DNA of 64,000 nt. It comes from an uncultured Ruficoccus sp. (lineage in GTDB: Bacteria > Verrucomicrobiota > Verrucomicrobiia > Opitutales > Cerasicoccaceae). Shown piece by piece: positions 39,502 to 49,026 of this stretch. The notes beneath the pieces were generated by a model. That model was not told the origin of the DNA, did not search any database, and saw only the letters and a list, made by a program, of their open reading frames with translations. The first letter of the stretch is position 1. The number at the start of each line of letters is the position of its first letter. Location: assembly GCA_965140785.1 (NCBI GenBank), contig OZ223481.1:256001-320000 (forward strand), written 5' to 3'. A program made the translations under genes and the position numbers.

Positions 39502-39633
39502 GCCATACGGGCTGGCACAACTCGTCATTATGTCAAAATTGCGTCGTGGGAGAGTGAGATTGGCGAACGAATCGACGTGGCCGCGAGGCCGAGCAACTTG
39601 GGCATAATGGTCCGTTGTGCGCGAGCGTATGGC
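39502..39633. repeat. attC-like imperfect inverted repeat
   Basis: GCACAAC (39515-21) pairs with GTTGTGC (39614-20); inner CATTATGTCAAAATTGC / GCAACTTGGGCATAATG; outer GCCATACG / CGTATGGC. Confidence 0.6.
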
Positions 39634-39722
39634 CCGTTCTTTTGTTTGGGGGCGTGGCGGATGGCGGCAGGGGCTGCTCCACGGAATGGGGGTTGAATCC
39701 CCCCTCTCTTATGGGAAACCCT

Positions 39723-39799
39723 GAAGGGGTCATGTCAATAATTTAGAATAACTACACAAGTCAGACAATAACCAACATTTAAATTATTGACATGACCCC
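39723..39799. repeat. Palindromic element copy 2, inverted relative to copy 1
   Basis: Equals the reverse complement of 38876-38952 except for two adjacent spacer substitutions (GC to AT). Confidence 0.92.
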
Positions 39800-40019
39800 G
39801 TGTTATTTGACCAGCACGGTTTCGCTTTCCTCCCGGGTCATTTCGGAGGGAAGCTCCAGCGGGAGTTTAATTCGCTTATTCCCTGATCGAGCCAAATGTA
39901 AAAATGTTGCCCAAAAACAGGGGGTTTTTCTGGATTTACCCGGATTTCGTTGGACTTGGGGTCTTGAGGGGTGTTGCCTTGCAAGTCCCTATTTATCAGG
40001 GAAATCCCCAGAAATAAAA

Positions 40020-40097
40020 TGGTCGGGGCGATAGGATTCGAACCTACGACCCTCTGCTCCCAAAGCAGATGCGCTAACCAGGCTGCGCTACGCCCCG
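40020..40097 (-). tRNA. tRNA-Pro (TGG)
   Basis: Minus strand CGGGGCGTAGCGCAGCCTGGTTAGCGCATCTGCTTTGGGAGCAGAGGGTCGTAGGTTCGAATCCTATCGCCCCGACCA: cloverleaf, TGG anticodon, encoded CCA. Confidence 0.98.
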
Positions 40098-40345
40098 ACT
40101 CGGAACGGGCAACCATCCTCGCGGCGGGCCTGAAAGTCAATGCTTACTTGGCGCGGTACGTAGGGACGGCGAGGGGGGATGCGTGATTGGAGGTGGGCCG
40201 CCCGTTGCTGGTGGGTGTAATCGCAGGTGGGTGTTTGGGCCCAGGGCGGGGAAGAAATATCCTGGATATGAATAGGCTCCACAAAGCCCGCCCTCAGCGA
40301 GAATGCGGCTTGCCCCGGAGACACCGAAGGCTCTAGGCTCGCAAA

Positions 40346-41008
40346 ATGGACGACGTATCCGACTCGTTACTGGACGCTGGCGATGGCAACCGCGGCGGTA
40401 TGCCGATTTTTGTTCCCATCGCCCTGGCGTTAATCGGGGTGGCCCTCGGGGGTCTCGCGCTCTACTTCGCCCTGACCGGGGGCAAGGAGGACGAGTTCAG
40501 CGCGCGCCTGAGCGAGAGCGGCAGTCAGGTCGCCCAGCTCGAAAAGACGATCACCGAGCTCAACGCGCAAAACGAGAAACTCCGGCACGACTACGAGGCG
40601 CTGGAGAAACAGGTGCGTTCCATCGCCGGGCAGACCCAAAACGCGCTCAACCAGGTCGGGCAGGAAATTCTCAGCACGCGCCGCCAGATTTCCGACAACG
40701 GCGAGGCCTTGCGCAAGGTGGTCGAGGCCCTCAACAGCGGACAAGCCCGCCCGAGTGCTTCGCGGCCCGCTGCCGCCTCGGGGAGTGCTTCGAGCGCGAG
40801 CGGGTCGGCCACGGCCACCTCTCCCGCCGAGGAGGCCGCCACGTCGGGCACCCGCACGCATGTGATCGAGTCCGGGCAGACGTTCGCCAGCATTGCGCAG
40901 CAGTACGGCGTGCCCTTGCAGAAGGTGCTGGAGGCCAATCCCGACGTGGACCCGCGCCGCCTGCGCATCGGCCAGAAGATTCAGGTTCCGCTTCCTGGCA
41001 ATGAGTGA
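40346..41008 (+). CDS. Membrane-anchored coiled-coil LysM protein
   Basis: TM helix, coiled coil, C-terminal HVIESGQTFASIAQQYGV...ANPDVDPRRLRIGQKIQVP. Confidence 0.9.
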   Translation: MDDVSDSLLDAGDGNRGGMPIFVPIALALIGVALGGLALYFALTGGKEDEFSARLSESGSQVAQLEKTITELNAQNEKLRHDYEALEKQVRSIAGQTQNALNQVGQEILSTRRQISDNGEALRKVVEALNSGQARPSASRPAAASGSASSASGSATATSPAEEAATSGTRTHVIESGQTFASIAQQYGVPLQKVLEANPDVDPRRLRIGQKIQVPLPGNE

Positions 41009-41561
41009 GCGGGTCCCGAGTCTGTGGGTCCCCGGCGAGGAGAGCCTGCACGCGCAGTGCAAGGTCTATGACGTTTACAAGCGGCATTACCACCATCCGG
41101 GCGACAACCGCAGCGGCGATTTTTACATCATCCGCTGCAATGACTGGGTGCAGACAATCCCGCTGACCGGGGACGGCCAGGTCGTCCTCGTGCGCCAGTA
41201 CCGATTCGGCACGCAGGAGCTGTCCTGGGAGGTGCCCGGCGGCATCATCGACGACGGCGAGGAGCCGGTGGAGGCCGGGCTGCGCGAATTGGCCGAGGAG
41301 ACCGGCTACCGTTGCCGAAGCTCCCGCCTGCTGGCCCAGTGCTACCCGAATCCCGCCTTGCAGGAGAACCGGACCTTCTTCGTCCTGGCCGAGGGCTGCA
41401 CGCTTCAGAGCGGGCAAAATCTCGACCACCACGAGGAACTGGAGGTCAAGGTCTTCCCCATGGCCGAAGTCAGCGCCATGGCCCGCAACGGCGACATCAG
41501 CCACGCCCTCGCGATCAATTCCGTCTTTTTCCTGGAGAATTATCTGGGCTCACGGGCATAG
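41001..41561 (+). CDS. NUDIX hydrolase (ADP-ribose pyrophosphatase-like)
   Basis: LVRQYRFG...EVPGGIIDDGEEPVEAGLRELAEETGY Nudix box. Confidence 0.92.
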   Translation: MSERVPSLWVPGEESLHAQCKVYDVYKRHYHHPGDNRSGDFYIIRCNDWVQTIPLTGDGQVVLVRQYRFGTQELSWEVPGGIIDDGEEPVEAGLRELAEETGYRCRSSRLLAQCYPNPALQENRTFFVLAEGCTLQSGQNLDHHEELEVKVFPMAEVSAMARNGDISHALAINSVFFLENYLGSRA

Positions 41562-41614
41562 GCCAGGTGGAGCAGGATTGGATTTTACAGGCAGGCCGGG
41601 AAGCACGAAAAGTC

Positions 41615-42019
41615 TCAGGGCCGGGCATCCAACCACGTCTCGCCTTCGATGCGGATGCCGCCTAGTTCGCGGATTTTAGCAGGGAGCATGACATAGGCCC
41701 AAACTTGGCCGAGGGAGGTTCCATGTTCGTCCCAGCATTCGACTTGGCGGCGCTGGTACTCGTTGTCGGCCTCGGGCCGATCGGGCGCGTAGCCCTCCAA
41801 TTCGTCGAAACCTTGCAGTGCCGCTTCGTCCTTGAGCGTGAGCAGGACGCCGTGGGCCCAGCCTTCGCCCTCGCGCAGGCCGGGGTAGCCGGGCTTGAGA
41901 TCGTAGAGCACGCCCCGGACGCGGGCGGGCTGGTGGGCGGCGACTTTTCCCTCCGCGTAGCGGGGCCAGTAGTAGCCGCCGGGCTTGAGGGTGCCGTAAA
42001 CGAAAACGCGCAGGTCCAT
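41615..42019 (-). CDS. Gamma-glutamylcyclotransferase (AIG2-like) family protein
   Basis: VFVYGTLKPG, GYPG, DELEG, YQR. Confidence 0.9.
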   Translation of the reverse strand: MDLRVFVYGTLKPGGYYWPRYAEGKVAAHQPARVRGVLYDLKPGYPGLREGEGWAHGVLLTLKDEAALQGFDELEGYAPDRPEADNEYQRRQVECWDEHGTSLGQVWAYVMLPAKIRELGGIRIEGETWLDARP

Positions 42020-42027
42020 GGCCGGGT

Positions 42028-42969
42028 TCAACGGAAAGCGCGGGTGCGGTCGCGGTTTTTCACCTGATGCTTGGGGCCGACCACTTCCGGGTCCTCGAAG
42101 TCGGGCGTACGGGGCGCCGCAGGGAGCATGTTGGTGCCGGTCTCGGTGGTGGCGGTCAGAAAGATCATCACACGTTGGCTGGTGGACTGGCGGGCTTCTT
42201 CCAGAGGGATCAGGGGCACACCTTGGCGGGCGTTGCCGTCCTGAGTGGTGGCGGAGCCACCGATGGCGATGGTGCCGCCATTGGGGACGACGACGTGGGT
42301 GGCGGCGGTGCGGGTCGTGATGTCTTCGCCCTTGCCACTGCGGCTGACAGTCGGGGTGAGCGCGACATCGATCGAGCCGTCGGGCTTGACACGCGGCTGG
42401 ACGGCCAGCATCTGCCCGACCGGCACGCGTTCATAGACCGTGTCGGTCATGCCCCAGCGGTTGGTGCTCTCGGCCAGGGTGACGAACTTGTCCGTGGAAA
42501 TCTGCAAATAGGCGGGGCTGCCGCTCATGGTGGTGACCGTCATGTAGTTCTCGATGCGTCCGTTCTGCTGGCGGTCGAGCAGGTCCAGCACCACCTCGAA
42601 CTGCGTCTGGTCCATCACCGTGTAGCCCGAGAGTTGCAGGCCGTAACGCTGCTCCAGCGCTGTATCCACCTCGGTCACATACACGGTCAGGGCGACCTGC
42701 TTGAGCGCCCCGTCGAGTTCGGCCAGGATTTTTTCCAACTGCTCAAGCTGGGCGGACGTGCCGGTGGCGACGATGGCATTGGTCCGGGCGTCGAGGCTGG
42801 CACTGCCGCCGGGGCTGACCATCTCCTGGGCCAGCGAGAGCAGCTCGGCCGCGTCGCGGTTCTCCAGCTTGAAGATCTTCGCCTCGGTCGTGCCCTGGGC
42901 GTTGGCGCTCAGAGCGAACAAAATCATGGCGAGGGCGGTCAGACAGAGGGAGCGCATGGAAAGAGTCAT
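42028..42969 (-). CDS. Short secretin-like protein (NolW/N3 + secretin domain)
   Basis: Signal peptide; DARTNAIV...LAELD...QVALTV (N3 domain); LAVQPRV...VVPNGGTIAIGG...MIFLTA. Confidence 0.8.
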   Translation of the reverse strand: MTLSMRSLCLTALAMILFALSANAQGTTEAKIFKLENRDAAELLSLAQEMVSPGGSASLDARTNAIVATGTSAQLEQLEKILAELDGALKQVALTVYVTEVDTALEQRYGLQLSGYTVMDQTQFEVVLDLLDRQQNGRIENYMTVTTMSGSPAYLQISTDKFVTLAESTNRWGMTDTVYERVPVGQMLAVQPRVKPDGSIDVALTPTVSRSGKGEDITTRTAATHVVVPNGGTIAIGGSATTQDGNARQGVPLIPLEEARQSTSQRVMIFLTATTETGTNMLPAAPRTPDFEDPEVVGPKHQVKNRDRTRAFR

Positions 42970-43090
42970 AGATTCGTAAACGGGTAAATTCAAGCGTTAG
43001 GCGCTTTTCGGTTATCAGGGGAGGTAGCTTCCCGGCGATCAACACTTGAACTCATGCGCGTTTAAGCTTATCTACTAGCGCCTTTTCACC

Positions 43091-44482
43091 ATGAACCGCG
43101 TCCACATCAAGACCTACGGCTGCCAGATGAACGAGCGTGACTCGGAGGCGGTGGCCGCCATGCTGCGCGCTCGCGGCTACAGCGTTGTGGACGACGAGGG
43201 TGAGGCCGACGTGGTGCTGCTCAACACCTGCTCGGTGCGCGACCAGGCCGAGCAGAAGGCCATCGGTAAGGCCGGGCACCTCAACCGGCGCAAGAAGAAG
43301 AACCCGAACTTTCTCGTCGGCGTCATGGGCTGCATGGCCCAGAACCGCGGGGCGGACCTGCTCGACCGCCTGCCCGATCTCGACCTGCTGGTGGGCACGC
43401 AGAAGTTTCACACCGTGCCCGACCACCTCGACAACTTGATCGCCAGCCTCCAGGGGCAGGGCCCCCGGCCCGCGACTCTGGTGGACCTGGAGGAGGAGGC
43501 CGGCTCGCAGAACACCATCCGCGACCACGTGCCGGGGCAGCGGCAGGTCTCGGCCTTCGTCAGTATTATGCAGGGCTGCAACATGAAGTGCAGCTACTGC
43601 ATCGTCCCGAAAACCCGCGGCCCCGAGCGAGGACGGCCCATCGACGACATTGTGGCCGAGGTCGAGGAGTTGGCCGCCGCCGGGACGAAGGAAGTCACCC
43701 TGCTCGGCCAGATCGTCAACCAGTACGGCGTGCGCGAGTTCCCCTTTATCGATGGGAAAAGCCCCTTCGTGCAATTGCTGGAGCGCGTCAACGCGGTCGA
43801 GGGGATCGAACGCATCCGCTTCACCAGCCCGCACCCCTCCGGCTTCAAGCAGGACCTGATCGACTGCTACGGGCGCTTGGAGAAGCTGTGCGAGTACATC
43901 CATTTCCCGCTCCAGAGCGGCTCGGACCCGATTCTCAAGGCCATGCGCCGCCCCTACACGGTGGAGAAGTTTCGCCGCATCCTGGACGCCATGCGCGCCC
44001 GCTGCCCGGACCTGTGGGTCTCGACCGACGTCATCGTGGGCTACCCCGGCGAGACCGAGGAGGATTTTCAAAAAACCTGTGACGTCTTCGACCAGATCGG
44101 CTTCGACATGGCCTTTATCTTCAAATACAGCGTGCGCCCCGACACCAAGGCCGCGCCGCTGGGCGATCCAATCCCCCAAGAGGTCAAGGAAGCGCGCAAC
44201 CAGATCCTGCTGGAAAAGCTTCAGGCCCGCTCACTCGTGCGCAACCGTTCGCTGGTCGGGCAGACGCTGGAGGTACTGGTCGAGGGACCGGCCCGGCGCG
44301 GGGAGAACCGCTTCATCGGACGCACCCGGGGCTACCGCAAGGTGGTTTTCTCCGGAACGGAGCGCCTCATCGGCCAGCTCGTGCCGGTGCGTATCCGGGA
44401 GGCGACCGTCACCACCCTGGACGGAGAGCTCGTTTTGAGCGGCGTCGATCTTGACACCGTCGAGGCGGCCCCCACGCTCTGA
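43091..44482 (+). CDS. miaB: tRNA methylthiotransferase MiaB
   Basis: TYGCQMNERDSE, NTCSVR, radical SAM CNMKCSYC, RFTSPHP, C-terminal TRAM domain. Confidence 0.96.
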   Translation: MNRVHIKTYGCQMNERDSEAVAAMLRARGYSVVDDEGEADVVLLNTCSVRDQAEQKAIGKAGHLNRRKKKNPNFLVGVMGCMAQNRGADLLDRLPDLDLLVGTQKFHTVPDHLDNLIASLQGQGPRPATLVDLEEEAGSQNTIRDHVPGQRQVSAFVSIMQGCNMKCSYCIVPKTRGPERGRPIDDIVAEVEELAAAGTKEVTLLGQIVNQYGVREFPFIDGKSPFVQLLERVNAVEGIERIRFTSPHPSGFKQDLIDCYGRLEKLCEYIHFPLQSGSDPILKAMRRPYTVEKFRRILDAMRARCPDLWVSTDVIVGYPGETEEDFQKTCDVFDQIGFDMAFIFKYSVRPDTKAAPLGDPIPQEVKEARNQILLEKLQARSLVRNRSLVGQTLEVLVEGPARRGENRFIGRTRGYRKVVFSGTERLIGQLVPVRIREATVTTLDGELVLSGVDLDTVEAAPTL

Positions 44483-44485
44483 GGG

Positions 44486-45559
44486 ATGCCCTTTTTTGAG
44501 GAACCCGTCGAAGTCGGCACGCCCTACCGCGCCGCATATTTCCAGGGAATGTTCGCCGCGCTCGAGCAGCGCCAGGAGCAGAGTCACGCCCGGCGACGGG
44601 AGTTCTTTTCTCCGGCCTGCACTTCGCCGGAAGCCTATGAGGCCAGCCTGGAGCCGCTGCGGGCCGAGCTGGTCAAGATGCTCGGTTGGCCGCTGACCGA
44701 TTCTTCTCTACGGATCGGCATGCCCGAACTCCTCTCCGAGACCTTTGTGGCCGAGGACGAGTGCAGCCGCATCTACCGCCTGCAGTGGGAGGTGTTGCCC
44801 GGCGTGCCGTTCTACACCCTGCTTTTCCTGCCCAAGATCGAGGGACCGCATACGCTGGTGATCGCTCAGCACGGTGGTCAGGGCACGCCGGAGCTTTCGG
44901 ACGGGTTTTACAACGAGTCGGGCAACTACCACTACATGACTCGTCGCTTGCGCCAGCGAGGCTTCGCAGTCCTCGCGCCGCAGTTGTGTCTGTGGGCCCC
45001 CGAGGCTGGGCCCGGGCGTGACCGCTCACTGCTAGATCGGCGTTTTAAAGAGGTTGGCGGTTCGCTGGCGGCCTTCGAGTTGTTCTGCCTGCAGCGGGTG
45101 CTCGACGGAATGCTCGCCCGAGAGGATATCCGGACCGAAGGACCGGACGGCGCCCCGGCGCCGGTCGGCATGTGCGGGCTCTCGTATGGCGGTTTTTATA
45201 CGTTGTACCTGACCGCGCTCGATACCCGCATCCGGGCCGCCGTCTCCTCCTGCTTCTTCAACCAGCGCTATGCAGTAACGGGAGATTTTTATGACTGGGC
45301 CTGGTTCGGCTCGGGGCTGCGGTTTCAGGACGAGCAATTGGCCGGGCTGGTCTGCCCGCGCCCTCTCTATGTCGAAGTCGGGCGCAACGACGACCTGTTC
45401 CCCGCTGACAAGGCGATCGAGCTGGCCCCCCGCGCTGCCGCTTGGTGGGAGGCGGTCGGGAAGACGGAGGACTTTGTCTTCCACATTCACGAAGGCGGGC
45501 ACGACTTCGACACGGCTGACGAAGGACTCGATTTTCTGGAGCGGAAACTAAGGACATAA
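44486..45559 (+). CDS. Alpha/beta hydrolase (dienelactone hydrolase-like)
   Basis: HGG, GLSYGG nucleophile, DDLF, GGHDF. Confidence 0.85.
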   Translation: MPFFEEPVEVGTPYRAAYFQGMFAALEQRQEQSHARRREFFSPACTSPEAYEASLEPLRAELVKMLGWPLTDSSLRIGMPELLSETFVAEDECSRIYRLQWEVLPGVPFYTLLFLPKIEGPHTLVIAQHGGQGTPELSDGFYNESGNYHYMTRRLRQRGFAVLAPQLCLWAPEAGPGRDRSLLDRRFKEVGGSLAAFELFCLQRVLDGMLAREDIRTEGPDGAPAPVGMCGLSYGGFYTLYLTALDTRIRAAVSSCFFNQRYAVTGDFYDWAWFGSGLRFQDEQLAGLVCPRPLYVEVGRNDDLFPADKAIELAPRAAAWWEAVGKTEDFVFHIHEGGHDFDTADEGLDFLERKLRT

Positions 45560-45674
45560 CCTTAGCTTTACGGAGGCTCTCCTGCCGGGGTAGTATAGTG
45601 GGTTTACGATATTTTTACAATTCCTGTCGGGCTCGTGCTTGATTCCCGGGAAAGCTTGACCCACATTCTGCGCC

Positions 45675-46697
45675 GTGAGTGAGAAATGGGAGAATTTTCA
45701 GGCCTTCATTGCGCGGTGCGGCGGTACCGTGACGTTTGAGCGTTTCATGCGCGAGGCGCTGTACCATCCCGGCAGCGGTTACTATTCCCATCACATCTCG
45801 GATGTGGGCCGGAGTGGGGATTTTTCCACCAGTGCGACCCTGAACGCTATATTGGGCGACGCCGTGGCCGCCTGGCTGCGGACGCGTCGGCGCGAGCACT
45901 TCGGCGACACCGCCTGCGCCGTGATCGAGCTGGGCCCCGGCAACGGTTCCCTCATGCGCCGGGTTGTCCAGGCTTTGGAGAAGGCGGGTGAGCGGGAGCT
46001 GTTCAAGTTCTGCGCGGTGGAGACCTCGCCGATCTTCCGGGCCGCGCTCAAGCACGGTTTTTTCGAAACGGGGCTCGAAGTTCACGACACGCTGGTGCAG
46101 GCCCTGGAGAGCTGTGACGGGCGCGCGCTCATCTACTCCAACGAGTTTGTGGACGCCTTCCCGGCAGTCCAGTTGGCCTGGCAGGACAACGAATGGCGCG
46201 AGGTTTACATCGGCCTGGAGGACGGCCTGCCGCGTGAGTGGACCAAGCCCCTGCTGCGCGGGATCGACGCCGACGCGCCCAACCGCGTGCGCGATGACCT
46301 GCGCATCTTTGTCCACCCCGCTTTCCACGGCTGGCTGCGGCGCAGCCTCTCCCACCTCAAAGCCGGGGCGGTCCTGACCATCGACTACGGCCGCGCCTAT
46401 CCCTCTACCGAGTGCCGGGCCTATCGGGGGCACGAGCGGCTGGAGGGCTTCGACATTTACGCGTACATGGGCGAGCAGGATGTGACCTGCGACGTCAACT
46501 TCACCGACCTCCAGCGCTGGGGCGAGCAGCTCGGCCTGCGCACGCGAGAGCTGGGCACGCAGGCGCAGTTTCTTCAAAAATGGCTGCCCGACCTCGAAGC
46601 CCGCACAAAGGCCAGCCCGGCGGCGGCCTTCCTCGCCAACCCCCTGGGGGCCGGCGGGGCTTTCTGCGCGCTGGAGCAGGTCAAAGAATGCCGTTGA
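45675..46697 (+). CDS. SAM-dependent methyltransferase, MidA/NDUFAF7 family
   Basis: FERFMREALY..GYY, GDFST, IELGPGNG, NEFVDAFP, IDYG, QDVTCDVNF. Confidence 0.92.
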   Translation: MSEKWENFQAFIARCGGTVTFERFMREALYHPGSGYYSHHISDVGRSGDFSTSATLNAILGDAVAAWLRTRRREHFGDTACAVIELGPGNGSLMRRVVQALEKAGERELFKFCAVETSPIFRAALKHGFFETGLEVHDTLVQALESCDGRALIYSNEFVDAFPAVQLAWQDNEWREVYIGLEDGLPREWTKPLLRGIDADAPNRVRDDLRIFVHPAFHGWLRRSLSHLKAGAVLTIDYGRAYPSTECRAYRGHERLEGFDIYAYMGEQDVTCDVNFTDLQRWGEQLGLRTRELGTQAQFLQKWLPDLEARTKASPAAAFLANPLGAGGAFCALEQVKECR

Positions 46698-46916
46698 CGG
46701 TGCGGGCGGGAGCGGCTTGTGTCTTTGGCATCGTATGAACCACGCTGATCCGCGCACCGCACTTAAAGGAAGCCGCGCCCTTATGATTTGGGTGCCGACG
46801 GCTCTCCGGTGACGCTGCGCGCATCTGCCGGAGGCGACCTGACGGTTCAGGGCTCTTCCGCACAGTTGCGTGAATCATTCATACCGCCGGGTCGTTTTCG
46901 CTAACGCGAAACTGCC

Positions 46917-47826
46917 ATGACACGACCCGAAATTCCCACCTCACCGCTCGACGGACATCGCCGGGGCCTGATCCTGATGACGGTCTCCATCCTCTGCTTC
47001 GCCGGGGGGAGCCTCATCTTTAAGGCCGCCGGAAACATGGCCGGGGTGACCGGCTGGACGCTGACCATTGCCCGCGCGGTGATGGGCCTGTTTATCGTGT
47101 TTGTGGTGTTCTGGCCGCGGGGCAGTTTCGAGCCCGCCCATCTGGTCAAGAACCCGCTGCTGATCCTGCGCGGGGTGCTCGGCGGCGGCAACCTGGTCAT
47201 CCTCTACCTCGTCCTGCTCAAGCTCGGGGCGGGCCGGGCCGTGGTGCTCAACTGCATGTACCCGATCTTCGCCAGCCTCCTGGCGGCGATCTTTCTGAAG
47301 GAAAAGCTGCGCCCGGTGCAGCTCTTCTGGATGGGGCTGGCCTTCTTCGGTCTGACCCTGATCACCGGCGTCTGGCAAAACGGCGGCTCCATCAACGGCT
47401 ACTACGCGCTCGGCATTCTCGGGGCGTTCATTGCCGGGTGCGTGGTGGTGACAGATCCGCCACCTCTCGCGCCAGGAGCACACAGCCACGATTTTCTCCG
47501 CCCAGTGCTTTTACGGGCTGCTGGCGGCATCCGGTCCGGTCATCGCGCACCCCACCGCGCCCGCTCCGCTGGCGCTGGGCGTGCTGGTCTTCGGCGGGAT
47601 TGTGGTCAGCGTCGGTCAGCTCACCATGACGCGGGCCTATCTGCACTTGCCCGTGGCGCAGGGGGCGAGCATGCAGCTCTCCCTGCCGGTGGTGACGGCG
47701 CTCGGGGCCGTGGTATTCCTCGGCGAGCGCTTCACCCTGCTCGACATGCTCGGCGCCGCCCTGATCGTGCTGGGGTGCCTCCAGATGGTCCGGTTCAAGT
47801 ACCGGCCTGCTCCCGACAGTAAGTAG
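46917..47826 (+). CDS. DMT/EamA transporter, apparent +1 frameshift near 47453
   Basis: Removing one base from ACAGATC restores VVVTIRHLSRQEHTATIF and joins two EamA halves (FLKEKL...FLGERF). Confidence 0.8.
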
Positions 47827-47894
47827 TGCGATACCGTTTCGCCGCTGTGATGATAAGATAATCAGCCACAGATATTCTGGCGGACTTCCGCTCT

Positions 47895-47974
47895 TAGGGC
47901 CTGTTGGCGCAATGAGAAAAGTGGATAAAAGATGGATTTTTCGCCGATTTGAGTCGTTGCGTTAACAGACCCTA
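47895..47974. repeat. Degenerate 80-bp MITE-like inverted repeat
   Basis: TAGGGCCTGTTGGCGCAATGA vs TCGTTGCGTTAACAGACCCTA (17/21 complementary), between convergent genes. Confidence 0.6.
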
Positions 47975-47999
47975 GTTTTTATCGGCGTTTCATCGCGGC

Positions 48000-49026
48000 T
48001 CATTCATAGTCAGGCGGACCCAGCCGTTCGCGCAACCGGCCCAGCGCCCAGCGGGCGTGTTCGGCGATGACCGGGTCGGGGTCGGCAGCGGCCTGCTCAA
48101 GGACGGGCCGGTCCTCGGCGGTGCCGGTATTGCCGAGCACGACGCAGATGTTGCGCTTCCAGCGGGTCAGGCCGCTGCGGCGCATGGGCGTGCCGGCGAG
48201 AGTTTCATTAAAGGTCGCCTCGTCCCAGGCGAGCATTTCGCGCAGGTCGGGGTAGGGGCGGGGGGCGAACTTCGCCTCCTGCGTGCGCTGGGCCCATTTG
48301 TTCCACGGGCAAACGTCGAGGCACTCGTCGCAGCCGAAGAGCCGCCCGCCGATGGCGGTGCGGAATTCCTCCGGGATGGAGCCCGTGTGCTCGATCGTCA
48401 GGTATGAGATGCAGCGCCGGGCGTCGAGCTGGAAGGGTGCGGTGATGGCCCGTGTGGGGCAGGCGTCGATGCAGCGGGTGCAGGAGCCGCAGCGCTCGGG
48501 CGGCGGCGCGTCGGGCTCCAGTTCGACGGTGGTAAAGATCACCCCCAGGAACAGCCAGGTGCCGTGGGTCGGGTTGAGCAGGATGGTGCTCTTGCCCTGC
48601 CAACCGAGTCCGGCCTGCACGCTGATGGGTTTTTTCCAAGACCGGACCGGTATCGACGTAGGGCTTTTGGCTGCCGCTGTACTCCTCGCGCAGGAAGTCG
48701 CAGAGCTTCTTCAGTTTTTTCAGGAGGACTTTGTGATAATCGCCCCCGAGCGCGTACTTGGCGATGCGCCCGCGCCGCTCCGGCTCCGGCTGCCAGTAAT
48801 TGATCCCCGCGCAGAGGATGCTGCGGGCCTCGGGCAGGATGCGGGCGGGCTCCAGGCGGCGCTCGTTGTTGCGCTCCATCCAGGCCATCTGGCCGTGTTG
48901 GCCGTCGGCGATCCATTTGCGGTAGTACTCGCGCCGCAGGGGAGGATCGACGGGGGCCACGCCGAGGGCGTCCAGCCCCAGTTCGCGGGCCCGGCTGCGC
49001 AGCCTGTCTTTGATCTCCTCCTGCAT
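48000..49026 (-). CDS. queG: Epoxyqueuosine reductase QueG, apparent +1 frameshift in an A6 run near 48632
   Basis: IAKYALGGDYH, YVDTGPVLEK / AGLGWQGK, CGSCTRCIDACPT, CISYLTIE, GCDECLDVCPWN. Confidence 0.9.

Noticed and set aside
38851..39799. CRISPR array interpretation of the repeats
   Set aside because: Only two copies, inverted and about 770 bp apart; no regular spacers and no cas genes.
39800..40019. Possible att arm or integrase remnant next to tRNA-Pro
   Set aside because: No integrase motifs in any frame and no matching second att site found by eye.
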